Assembly (NCBI GenBank): GCA_964657945.1 | Contig: CAZZWM010000001.1 | Location: 321-64,320 of the forward strand | Length of the DNA: 64,000 bases | From: an uncultured Steroidobacteraceae bacterium | GTDB lineage: Bacteria; Pseudomonadota; Gammaproteobacteria; Steroidobacterales; Steroidobacteraceae | Direction: 5' to 3' | Shown: positions 8,921 to 17,092 of the stretch, one piece after another | Numbering within the stretch: position 1 is the first letter of the stretch | Layout: each line of letters begins with the position of its first letter | The notes under the pieces: generated by a model | Databases searched by the model: none | Seen by the model: only the letters and a program-made list of their open reading frames with translations | Told to the model about the DNA's origin: nothing | Translations under genes and position numbers: made by a program

Positions 8921-9379
8921 CTAGACGAGAGCGGGAGGCCCGCGCGGGAGGCGGCTCAAAGAGACGGTGGTTCGAGGGATGAAAGGCTCAGGACGCGCCT
9001 TGATTTCGAATGGAACGATGGCCGCGAATGTCGCGACGGTCGGTGCATGCAACAGCGCGATGGCCGTTGCGGCCGCGGCGAAGGGGCACATTGCCATGCC
9101 GTCGTGGGATGGCGCCTTTCCACCCTGATCCATTGGCGTGGAGCGGTCCGCCATGTCCATGCCCGGCATGTGGTCCTGCGCCGCGTGGCCCATCGCCGTG
9201 CTTGTAGCCGTCGCTGCATCGCCAGGGCACAGCATGAGCCCGCCCGGACCAGGCATGTAGCCGACGGGGATGAATGCCCGAGTGAAAAACGTGGCCAGCA
9301 GAAGCACTGACAGCCACGGATTTCGAGCAATGCGAAGCGCGACACGGATACCCACGTACCCTAGCTTAGCCGACTTCAA
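8921..9379 (-). CDS. DUF2946-like small membrane or periplasmic protein (Met/His-rich)
   Basis: 152-aa ORF. Candidate starts are only TTG (9379) or GTG (9355), so the start is uncertain. It has an N-terminal hydrophobic helix and a Met/His-rich stretch (AMGHAAQDHMPGMDMADRSTPMDQGGKAPSHDGMAMCPF). It occupies the position typical of DUF2946 genes ahead of TBDR-PepSY pairs. Confidence 0.55.
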   Translation of the reverse strand: MKSAKLGYVGIRVALRIARNPWLSVLLLATFFTRAFIPVGYMPGPGGLMLCPGDAATATSTAMGHAAQDHMPGMDMADRSTPMDQGGKAPSHDGMAMCPFAAAATAIALLHAPTVATFAAIVPFEIKARPEPFIPRTTVSLSRLPRGPPALV

Positions 9380-9536
9380 GAATGTTCACTATGGGCGAAT
9401 AGTTCGGCCGGCCACGCGGTCGAAAATAGTGCTTTTATTCCCAATATTTGACGAAGAATTGTTCTCGCGAAAGCGGTTGCAATGGTTTCTCGAGATCGAA
9501 ATTACCAGGCTGCATGGCGATCACGCGCGGTTCAGG

Positions 9537-11768
9537 TCAGAACTTCTTGGTGACCGTGAAACGGGCCATGATGGGCTCGAGCGGATGTTCGTGCACGTCC
9601 GCTCGGCCGTCCGGATAGGCCCCGATTTCATTCTGCAACCGATCGACATACCAGAACTCCGCCGCCGCGGCGTGCGTGTTGAAGAGATTATAAATGCCCA
9701 GTGCCGCGCTCCAGTTGGCCGGAAAGGCGTACCGTGCATCGAGGTTCACTTCGGCGAAGCCTTTGCCGTTGACCTGGCCTAACGCGGTGGGGGCATTGGC
9801 GCAAGAGGTGGCAACGCCCGGGAAGTCATGCACCGCCGCCGAATCCACGCAGGGGCCGGAAGAGAGCGGGTAATTGCCGAGATAGCGAACATTCACCCCG
9901 CCGCTCCAAGGCCCCAGGTCTTTCAGATACAGGGCCAACGAGCCGGTGGCGACCGGTGCGTCGGTGATGTAGTCCCCCAAGTGCCCGGTGCCATCATCCA
10001 ACGGATGCGTGAACCGCGTGTGATCGCCCGAGTAGCTGCCGTAGAACTCCAGATACCGGTTGATCTGGTAAGTGACATTGATTTCATAACCATATCGCCG
10101 GCTCGGCGGTCCGGCGGTGTCGGCGCCGACATCCGGATCAATGATGGTCTCGGATTGTTGCCACAAGTTGTACACCGAAAATGTGAAGGTCAGGTCGTGG
10201 CCCAATGCCGCCCGCATGCCGACTTCCTGGCCTTCCTGCTTGGACAGCAGATTGGTGTGCGGCAGACCTAAATCGACGCTCACATCCTGGTTCACGCCGC
10301 GAAGGTCGGCGCTGTGAAAGCCCCGACCCACGCTCAAATAAAACTCCAGAGCATCATTCGCAGTAAAGATGAGGCTGCCTTTCGGCTGCACGAGGTTTTG
10401 GTGCGCCGTCCCACCGTTGGTGTATCCCGCGGTTTCATGCAAAACGGCCAGATTATCCACGTCAGTGCCATGCTGATAATCATCCCGAACGCCCAGCACA
10501 CTGCGAAACCACGGAGTCCAGCGGGTGGTGGCTTGCAGATAGACGCCGCCGGCGAACAGACGCACCCGGTCATCATCGGAAAAGGACACCGGATCAACGC
10601 CTGTGGGCGGTTGCGGCACTTGATCGATACTCGGCGCTCGGCCGACGCCGAGCGAGTCGTAGCGGGTAAGCGCACCCAAGGTTATCTCGTTGGGGATTGC
10701 CCAGAGGGGTAAGGGGAGCACGTACTTGGCGGCTCCGCCGGCGACACGACGATTCTCAAACTGGTCTTCTTGATCCCCCTCAACGGGGTTGAATAGGTAA
10801 TGCGTGAAATCGTTGAAGATGTGCAGCTGGCTGTATTCGAAATAGCCGTTGGTGGTGAGCACGCCATCGCCTACGTGTGCGTGATACTCGAGCGAGAGGC
10901 TCGCCCGCTGCGAATGCCCCCCGTCGGTCGGGTCGAGTGTGCCAAAGCGATCAGGGACCAGACCTTCCGAGATTGCCCGCACAGGGATATCGGTGGTGTT
11001 GTTCCAGATCTGGTGATAGTACATCGCGGTGGCCGAATAGCCGCTTTGCTCATCGCCGCTGCTGTAGCGGAGCACAAAATTCTCTTTGCGGGCATCATCG
11101 GGACGCACGAACGGTCCATCGTAATGCTGTACTTCCACCGCGCCCAAGAGATTGCCGCCCGCGAGGGCCGTGGAGCCGGCCGCGAGGATTCGCTGGAAAT
11201 CGTACGTCCCCACCGTCGCAGAGACTTGATCCTCGATGGTATCGCGGTAACTCACGTGCACCGAGCCCACGGCGCCAAAGTCCCCGATGTCGGGATAATA
11301 GGGCCCCTTGGTGTAGGTAATCCCGTCGGCGAGTTCTGGGATCATGAAATTAAGATCGGTGTACCCCTGTCCGTGCGCGTGCGTAGGCTGATTGACAGGG
11401 ATGTCATCGACATAGGTCTCGAGGTCCGTACCGTGGTCCAAGTTATAGCCACGTAGCAGGAATTGGTTGGCTTTGCCTTCCCCGCTGTGTAGCGTCACGA
11501 TCAACCCGGGGACGGTCTCCAAGAGCTGCCCAGGCCGATACGCTGGAAGTAGCTGGATTTCCTGATCCGCCACCACGCCTTCGCTGGCGGTGGAGGCATG
11601 ACCGATCAAGTCGATTCGCTGCGCCGTAACTGTGACTTCCGAGACTGAACTCGAAGTAACAGAGGCATCCCTGTCAGTGCCCAGAGTGCTTTCCGCTCGG
11701 GCCTGGGAACAGGCGACTCCCATCAATAGCGTGCTTGCGATGGCGCCGCGTGTCGTCATTGCCTTCAT
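9537..11768 (-). CDS. TonB-dependent outer-membrane receptor
   Basis: The track ORF starts at 11849. I prefer ATG 11768 (MKAMTTRGAIASTLLMGVACSQARA signal peptide). Plug motifs VTVTAQR, LLETVPGL, FLLRGYNLDHGTDLETYVDDIPVNQPTHAHGQGYTDLNF. Terminal ...ARFTVTKKF. Confidence 0.9.
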   Translation of the reverse strand: MKAMTTRGAIASTLLMGVACSQARAESTLGTDRDASVTSSSVSEVTVTAQRIDLIGHASTASEGVVADQEIQLLPAYRPGQLLETVPGLIVTLHSGEGKANQFLLRGYNLDHGTDLETYVDDIPVNQPTHAHGQGYTDLNFMIPELADGITYTKGPYYPDIGDFGAVGSVHVSYRDTIEDQVSATVGTYDFQRILAAGSTALAGGNLLGAVEVQHYDGPFVRPDDARKENFVLRYSSGDEQSGYSATAMYYHQIWNNTTDIPVRAISEGLVPDRFGTLDPTDGGHSQRASLSLEYHAHVGDGVLTTNGYFEYSQLHIFNDFTHYLFNPVEGDQEDQFENRRVAGGAAKYVLPLPLWAIPNEITLGALTRYDSLGVGRAPSIDQVPQPPTGVDPVSFSDDDRVRLFAGGVYLQATTRWTPWFRSVLGVRDDYQHGTDVDNLAVLHETAGYTNGGTAHQNLVQPKGSLIFTANDALEFYLSVGRGFHSADLRGVNQDVSVDLGLPHTNLLSKQEGQEVGMRAALGHDLTFTFSVYNLWQQSETIIDPDVGADTAGPPSRRYGYEINVTYQINRYLEFYGSYSGDHTRFTHPLDDGTGHLGDYITDAPVATGSLALYLKDLGPWSGGVNVRYLGNYPLSSGPCVDSAAVHDFPGVATSCANAPTALGQVNGKGFAEVNLDARYAFPANWSAALGIYNLFNTHAAAAEFWYVDRLQNEIGAYPDGRADVHEHPLEPIMARFTVTKKF

Positions 11769-11881
11769 TCCCCAACACTCTCCCGACATTGGCCAATATC
11801 GTCCGTTGTGCCTATGTATCTTTCGGAACAATCGGCGCACTGGATGCACGTTACAAGAGCTTTATACAATATCGCATAACT

Positions 11882-11910
11882 AATAAGAGGATTGACTAAT
11901 TCCTCTTATT
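11882..11910. promoter_or_regulatory. inverted repeat AATAAGAGG-N11-CCTCTTATT between nikR and the downstream TBDR (operator or weak terminator)
   Basis: 9-nt perfect arms read directly. It sits 49 nt after the nikR stop and 114-142 nt upstream of the TBDR start (11768). On the minus strand its distal arm overlaps the -35 position of a possible promoter with -10 TATAAA. Confidence 0.35.
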
Positions 11911-11958
11911 GACCGTTGGCTTGGCGCTGGTGATCGGATCGATCGAATGCCGCTATGA

Positions 11959-12417
11959 CTAGATGTGCGGCTTCAGATGGCGATGCGCGGCTCCGCCGTG
12001 GCTATGGGATTTGCTCAATTCGACATTGACGAGGTTTAACTGTCCGTGCCGCACGCCGCGTTCGGCGATGATTTCATCCGCAAACTCTTTCACCTGACGA
12101 ACAGGCCCTTTGAGCATCACACTCTCGATACATTGCTCATGATCCAGATGGGCATGCGTCGTCGAAATGGTTAAATCATGGCGCGCGTGCTGAATATTTG
12201 CCAAGCGCTCCGACAACTCGCGCTCATGATGATTGTAGACGTAGGACAAATTCGCAACGCAAGCACCCTTGATGTCCCGCTGTACGCGACTTTGTTGCAA
12301 ATGTGACCGCAAGATATCTCGCACTGCTTCACTGCGTGTCGCGTAGCCTCGCTCCTCGATCAATTCATCGAACGCGGCTGCCAGTTTTTCATCGAGCGAT
12401 ATAGTGAAGCGATCCAT
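11959..12417 (-). CDS. nikR: nickel-responsive regulator NikR
   Basis: 152 aa with GGAGA 5 nt upstream. RHH N-terminus MDRFTISLDEKLAAAFDELIEERGYATRSEAVRDILR. Nickel-binding domain LSYVYNHHERELSERL..IQHARHDL..STTHAHLDHEQCIESVMLKG...FADEIIAERGVRHG, collinear with E. coli NikR. Extra His-rich tail SKSHSHGGAAHRHLKPHI. Confidence 0.9.
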   Translation of the reverse strand: MDRFTISLDEKLAAAFDELIEERGYATRSEAVRDILRSHLQQSRVQRDIKGACVANLSYVYNHHERELSERLANIQHARHDLTISTTHAHLDHEQCIESVMLKGPVRQVKEFADEIIAERGVRHGQLNLVNVELSKSHSHGGAAHRHLKPHI

Positions 12418-12552
12418 GATATCTCCAGAGGCGATTTGCGGGCGCTATCGCATAAATTGTTGCTGCGAAGACTCAGGATATCAGCAAGAGATCCCAATCC
12501 GATGGCTGGCACGCCGCCTTGCGCAAATAACGCTCCCCGCCGTCCAGCACTC

Positions 12553-12575
12553 ATCGTCCCGAGCAGCGGGACGAT
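12553..12575 (-). other. 9-bp stem hairpin between the TBDR stop and the nikR promoter region
   Basis: ATCGTCCCG-agcag-CGGGACGAT read directly. There is no U-tract, so it may be only a stabiliser or weak terminator. Confidence 0.3.
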
Positions 12576-12605
12576 CGAGATCGCGAGACTTGTGCTCGCC
12601 GACGG

Positions 12606-14768
12606 TCAGAACCGGTAACTGGCAAGGCCGATCAGCGTGCGTCCAGCACTTGGGAGGGCGTGATTCTCGTCCACGCCAGAGTAGTAGACGCCGGTGAAAT
12701 AGAGCTTATTGGTCACATTGTTGAGATTGAGCTGCAATTTCAAGTGCGCATTGACGGTGTAGGACGTCATCGCATTGAAGAACACATACCCCGGCACGCC
12801 GGCCGTGTTCTCGGTGTCCGCATAGCGATGGCTCACCGCCGTCATGCCGGCCCCGATCGTCCATGCTTCGGTGGGCTCGACCGTGGTCCAGACATTCGCG
12901 GCATCGTGCGGCGAATTGGGCGCCCATTTGCCGAGCGACAAGGGATCGCTGGTGGCCGTGATCTTGTCGTCGAGGTGCGTGTAGTTCGCGGCGACTTCCC
13001 ACTCGTCCGTCACATACCCGTTGATGCCCACCTCGACGCCCTTCACCCGTTGGTCGAACGGGGCATCCTGGATCGTCGGGTCGTCCGGATCGGAATTGCG
13101 CGCATTCTTGACCCGGGTATCGAACAGGGAGCCGGTCAACTCGGCCTTGCCGCCCAAAAATTTGATCTTCGCGCCCAACTCGAGATTGCTGGTTTTCTCA
13201 GGCGACAGACTTTGATCGGAAGGCGCGATGATGAGGTATTCAATGGCCGGATTGTACGAGGTGCCGTAGGATAGGAAATAACTTTGGGTCTCGTTGGGTT
13301 TGAATATCACTGCTGCGCGCGGACTCACGAACGTATCGGTTCTCGAGAAGAACACCGGGCCCACTGCCGGGTTCGCGTCGCTGAAACTCGATGCAAAGCG
13401 ATCCCAACGCAATCCCGCATCCACGTCCCAATGGGATCCCAGCGCGATGCTGTCGAGGGCGTAGACGCTTACATCGTTACCCCGTCCATCCGGATTGGAG
13501 TAGGCGACCAGCGGGGTCGGCGGAATCCCAAAGCCGTTGGGGTTGAGCAACGGGGTCGGAGGAATATCATCTATCCCGTTGTTGAAGCGGCTGACGTTCG
13601 ATTGCTCCTTGCTGAGTTCGAGTCCGGTGGTGAGGACATTCTTGAATCCAGCCACGTCGAATCTTGACGTGAGGTCGGTGCGATTGATCGCGAGGCTCGT
13701 CGTGCCGGCGCTGCTCGGCTGGTCGCGCGAGACTTCGATGTCGGCGTACGGTGTTCCCGGCGGCGGGGGCGCCACGTAGTCGTTGCCCAGGAACGGACCG
13801 CTCACCAGGTACTGAAAGCCGTAGTTGCCATAACGCGCGCTGTCGCTCAACGTGAAGTTGTCGCCGAAATCATGCTCGAAACGGATGGTTCCGATATTGG
13901 TGTTGGTCCGAGTGCTGTCGTAATTGACGAGGCCGTAGTAGTTGCTGCGATTGACGGCCGCGGGCGCCCCGTCGATGAAGGGGATGCCGTAGTCGGGGAG
14001 GTTGTTTTCCTCTTCCTTGAAGTAGCTCAAGGTCAATCGCGTCGGTGTGCCTAGCCCAAGCGCCAGTGTCGGCGCGACACCGTAACGGCGGTAAACCACC
14101 TGATCGCGATCGACCACCTCGTTGCGCTGATCCATGACGGTGATGCGCGCGGCCGCCGTGTCGCTCAAGGGTAAATTGAAATCTCCCGTGCCCCGCCAGT
14201 AGTCACCCATGCCGCCGGACGCGGTGATCGAGGCCAAGGGCGTCAATAGAGGTTGCTTGCTGATGGAATTGATGACGCCGGCCGTGGAGCCTCGCCCAAA
14301 TACGGCGGAGGCGGGACCCAACAACACCGAAATCGCTTCGGAGTTGAAGGTGTCGCGTTGGTATTGCCCGATGTCACGCACGCCATCCAAAAAGAAACTG
14401 TCCGGTATCGAGAGGCCCCGTAGATTCACCGAATCTCCATGTGAGCCGCCTTCGCCGGAGTTCAACGTGATGCCAGGTACGTTGCGCAAGGCATCTTGCA
14501 GCAGCGTGAGGTTTTGCTCCGCGAGTTCTTTCTTGTCGATGGTATCGACCGACTGCGAGGTATCCAGGTCCGAGTGAATCGCCGTGCCGGTGACTTCGAC
14601 GCTGGTGAGCGCTGACTGCTGATCGCTCGAGGGAGTGGCCTCGATATCGGCGTGCGCGGGGGCCGAGAGCAATGTGCTCACCGCGACGCCGGCGGCCGTG
14701 AGGCGGCTCAATGGACCGCCCTGCGTCGAAGTGGGTAATTCCACGGGCTTGAGCGGCTTCAGCGACAT
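12606..14768 (-). CDS. TonB-dependent receptor (Fiu/catecholate-siderophore-like subfamily)
   Basis: 720 aa with GGGGA upstream. Motifs NLRGLSIPDSFFLDGVRDIGQYQRDTFNSEAISVLLGPASAVFGRGSTAGVINSISKQP and C-terminal ...LIGLASYRF (terminal aromatic). Confidence 0.9.
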   Translation of the reverse strand: MSLKPLKPVELPTSTQGGPLSRLTAAGVAVSTLLSAPAHADIEATPSSDQQSALTSVEVTGTAIHSDLDTSQSVDTIDKKELAEQNLTLLQDALRNVPGITLNSGEGGSHGDSVNLRGLSIPDSFFLDGVRDIGQYQRDTFNSEAISVLLGPASAVFGRGSTAGVINSISKQPLLTPLASITASGGMGDYWRGTGDFNLPLSDTAAARITVMDQRNEVVDRDQVVYRRYGVAPTLALGLGTPTRLTLSYFKEEENNLPDYGIPFIDGAPAAVNRSNYYGLVNYDSTRTNTNIGTIRFEHDFGDNFTLSDSARYGNYGFQYLVSGPFLGNDYVAPPPPGTPYADIEVSRDQPSSAGTTSLAINRTDLTSRFDVAGFKNVLTTGLELSKEQSNVSRFNNGIDDIPPTPLLNPNGFGIPPTPLVAYSNPDGRGNDVSVYALDSIALGSHWDVDAGLRWDRFASSFSDANPAVGPVFFSRTDTFVSPRAAVIFKPNETQSYFLSYGTSYNPAIEYLIIAPSDQSLSPEKTSNLELGAKIKFLGGKAELTGSLFDTRVKNARNSDPDDPTIQDAPFDQRVKGVEVGINGYVTDEWEVAANYTHLDDKITATSDPLSLGKWAPNSPHDAANVWTTVEPTEAWTIGAGMTAVSHRYADTENTAGVPGYVFFNAMTSYTVNAHLKLQLNLNNVTNKLYFTGVYYSGVDENHALPSAGRTLIGLASYRF

Positions 14769-14810
14769 GCAAGATCCCCTTCAATATTTTGACGCGCTAA
14801 TGCTAACAAG

Positions 14811-14840
14811 AATGATTCGTATTTACAAATACGAATCATT
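14811..14840. promoter_or_regulatory. perfect 30-bp palindrome (14-nt arms, 2-nt centre), candidate operator upstream of the Fiu-like TBDR
   Basis: AATGATTCGTATTT-AC-AAATACGAATCATT read directly from the sequence. It lies 43-72 nt upstream of the TBDR start (14768) and abuts a possible TTGTTA -35. It is AT-rich in a GC-rich genome. The regulator is unknown. Confidence 0.5.
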
Positions 14841-15059
14841 TGTGTGTAATGCGCCCATTCGCAGACCGACCGCCGACGCGAGTGCGGCGTTCGAGTAGCC
14901 GCTCGTGGCGGCGGTTCGACTCCGATTTGCTTGTTCGAGCTTTACAACCAATTGAGGCATGACACCATGATGGGACGATTCATTCGTGTACCACGCGCCG
15001 CACTCGCGGCCTTCGGCTCCGGCGGGCGAGCGCCTGCAAGGTGCTCGAACAACACAGCG

Positions 15060-16451
15060 ATGAAGATAATCGTGTGCACGGCGGCGATCGCCGGTGGCGG
15101 GTCGCTCTTGAGCTCCTGTGGAGGCGACGACTCGGCCGCTCCGGTTCAGACGCCAAGCAGCGCGTATGCCACGCAGGTTTTCGTTGCCGACTCGGCCTCT
15201 TACAATCCTCAACTCTCCGTCGTCCAACCTTTCATCGATGCCTGGGGCGTGGCCATCCGACCCGCCGGGCAGCCCGGACATTTTTGGGTCTTGGCGGGTA
15301 ACAAATCCTATGAGTACGTCGGTGACGTGACCGGCAAGGTGTCGCCACCGTGTACGGCATCCTCGGTGTTGTGTGCGGACTTATCGCCCCTTGCCACCAA
15401 CACGGTGACCTTTCCGGACTTCCCACTCGATCCGGCGACCGGCGAGCCGGACATCATCAATAATCACGGCACTGGCGTGGTGTTCAACAGTGTCGCGACC
15501 AATTTTGTCATCACGCAGACTCCGAGCGCCCCGAGCGCCGACTTGAGCCCCATCACGGCCGGCGCGAAATTCTTGTTCGCGACCAACTACGGAGCCATCT
15601 ACGCGTGGACGGAACGGGCGGACGGTAGCAGCTACGACCGCGCCGACACGGCCCTGAAAGTGTTTGATACCCGGAACAATCCCACGGACTGCGGACAGTT
15701 CTATGGGTTGACGATCAACGAGACCGTCGGTCGTCTGTATGTCGCGGATTTCGGCACCGATACGAGCGCGGCCTGCAACAATCCGACGGCGATTGCCGGA
15801 GTACCTAACAGCTTCCGGATCCGTGTCTTCAGCAACACGCTCAATTCGGACGGGACCTTGAACGAGATCACCAGTTCACTCAACGGCGGCAAGGCCTTCG
15901 TCAATCCTTTGGTCGGCGACCCCAACAACATCAAGGCCGGGGATTACGTGCCCTGGAACATCGCCGCCATCGGTACGAGCCTGTTCGTGGCCTACGTCCA
16001 GGTTCAGCAGGATCCCAACGCGGCGGATGGCATCCCGTATCCGGGCAATGAGGTGCACGGCTTGAGCGCCGGGCGCCTCGTCGAGTTCGATGTCGACGGA
16101 AATCTGATCGCCGTGTGGAACGATGGCGGCCGGCTCAATGCTCCGTGGGGAATGGCGATGGCGCCGGCCGATTTCGGGACGGCGTCGAATCAACTCTTGG
16201 TCGGAAATTTCGGAGACTTTGATGTGGGAGGCTCCAATGGAGCCATCGTCACATTCGACACCACTACGCGACAGGCGGTCGACGTGCTTCGCAATGCCGA
16301 TGGATCGCCACTGTTGGTTCCCGGCATCTGGGGCATGGTATTCGGTAACGGCGACACCTTAGGAGACGCCAACGCGCTCTACTACGCGGCCGGCCCGAAT
16401 AATGAACTCGATGGCCTGTTCGGCGTCGTCCGAGAGACTTCCGATCCTTGA
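15060..16451 (+). CDS. beta-propeller-like lipoprotein (resembles the TIGR03118 family)
   Basis: The track ORF starts at 14931. ATG 15060 gives a lipoprotein signal MKIIVCTAAIAGGGSLLSSC (lipobox LSSC). The body has motifs AWGVAIRPAGQPGHFWVLAGN, LYVADFG and NAPWGMAMAP, reminiscent of TIGR03118/NHL-like propellers. The family call is from memory only. Confidence 0.6.
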   Translation: MKIIVCTAAIAGGGSLLSSCGGDDSAAPVQTPSSAYATQVFVADSASYNPQLSVVQPFIDAWGVAIRPAGQPGHFWVLAGNKSYEYVGDVTGKVSPPCTASSVLCADLSPLATNTVTFPDFPLDPATGEPDIINNHGTGVVFNSVATNFVITQTPSAPSADLSPITAGAKFLFATNYGAIYAWTERADGSSYDRADTALKVFDTRNNPTDCGQFYGLTINETVGRLYVADFGTDTSAACNNPTAIAGVPNSFRIRVFSNTLNSDGTLNEITSSLNGGKAFVNPLVGDPNNIKAGDYVPWNIAAIGTSLFVAYVQVQQDPNAADGIPYPGNEVHGLSAGRLVEFDVDGNLIAVWNDGGRLNAPWGMAMAPADFGTASNQLLVGNFGDFDVGGSNGAIVTFDTTTRQAVDVLRNADGSPLLVPGIWGMVFGNGDTLGDANALYYAAGPNNELDGLFGVVRETSDP

Positions 16452-16636
16452 ACCAAGGCGGCACGGACTCACGACAAACGGCTCGGTGCCGCTGCGCTTG
16501 AGCGTGATGGCCTGCTCTTGGGCAGGCGCTACGCGAGGACTGACTGGTCCCAGCACCTCGATTGGGTACGCCAGCGAACGGACGCAGCGATTCTTCTCGG
16601 GTCTAATCGGCTCGGTTATCAACTGAGGAGATCAAC

Positions 16637-16711
16637 ATGATTTTAGGTGGCGGACTACTTGGAACGATCGTCCTCATTGCAATCATTGTCTACTTCGTTC
16701 GCAGGACTTGA
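16637..16711 (+). CDS. 24-aa hydrophobic micro-protein (single TM helix)
   Basis: Too short for the ORF track. GAGGAG lies 6 nt upstream of ATG 16637. Product MILGGGLLGTIVLIAIIVYFVRRT, followed by a stop. It is one TM helix with a basic C-terminus and lies in an otherwise unassigned spacer. Confidence 0.4.
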   Translation: MILGGGLLGTIVLIAIIVYFVRRT

Positions 16712-17092
16712 AACTGATCTAGAAACGTACCCTTACCGAAAGCCGCAGGCACTCAATGCTGATGCGGCGGCTCGCTGTTACAGCAAAAAACAAGTTGATA
16801 TAAGCGGCGTGGCGTACAGACGAAGCCGGCGCCGTATGCATAAATAAAAGCCAATCTCAGCAAGCTGAGGAGGATCTTCATCGAAGACATGTGTGCTGGT
16901 CACAATCAACGAAGGAGGGCAATTTCACCTGGTCAATCTTTTCCGGAGTGCGGCAGCTCTTTTCCCCGACAAAGACTGGTGGCCCAATCCCTCCGCCAGC
17001 CTGGCGAATATCCTGCCGCACTCCTTTCTTATCGATCGACGACCATTCCACCCATGGACGGCACCGGACGAAACGCAGGTCGGTGGCGCAGG

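Noticed and set aside
14811-14840. Calling the 30-bp palindrome a canonical Fur box.
   Set aside because: Only about 10-11 of 19 positions match GATAATGATAATCATTATC, and the 14-2-14 geometry is atypical. I report it as an operator of unknown regulator instead.
14913-14923. GGTTCGACTCC, a tRNA T-loop-like motif that could mark a tRNA gene or an integration att remnant.
   Set aside because: The flanking sequence does not fold into a T-stem (only 3 complementary bases). No acceptor, D or anticodon arms can be drawn in the preceding 60 nt, and no integrase is nearby.
16757-16881. Minus-strand 42-aa ORF (MKILLSLLRLAFIYAYGAGFVC...) with a signal-peptide-like start, and other mini-ORFs in the 16.7-17.1 kb spacer.
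   Set aside because: It has no SD, low GC3 relative to real genes here, and no recognisable family.
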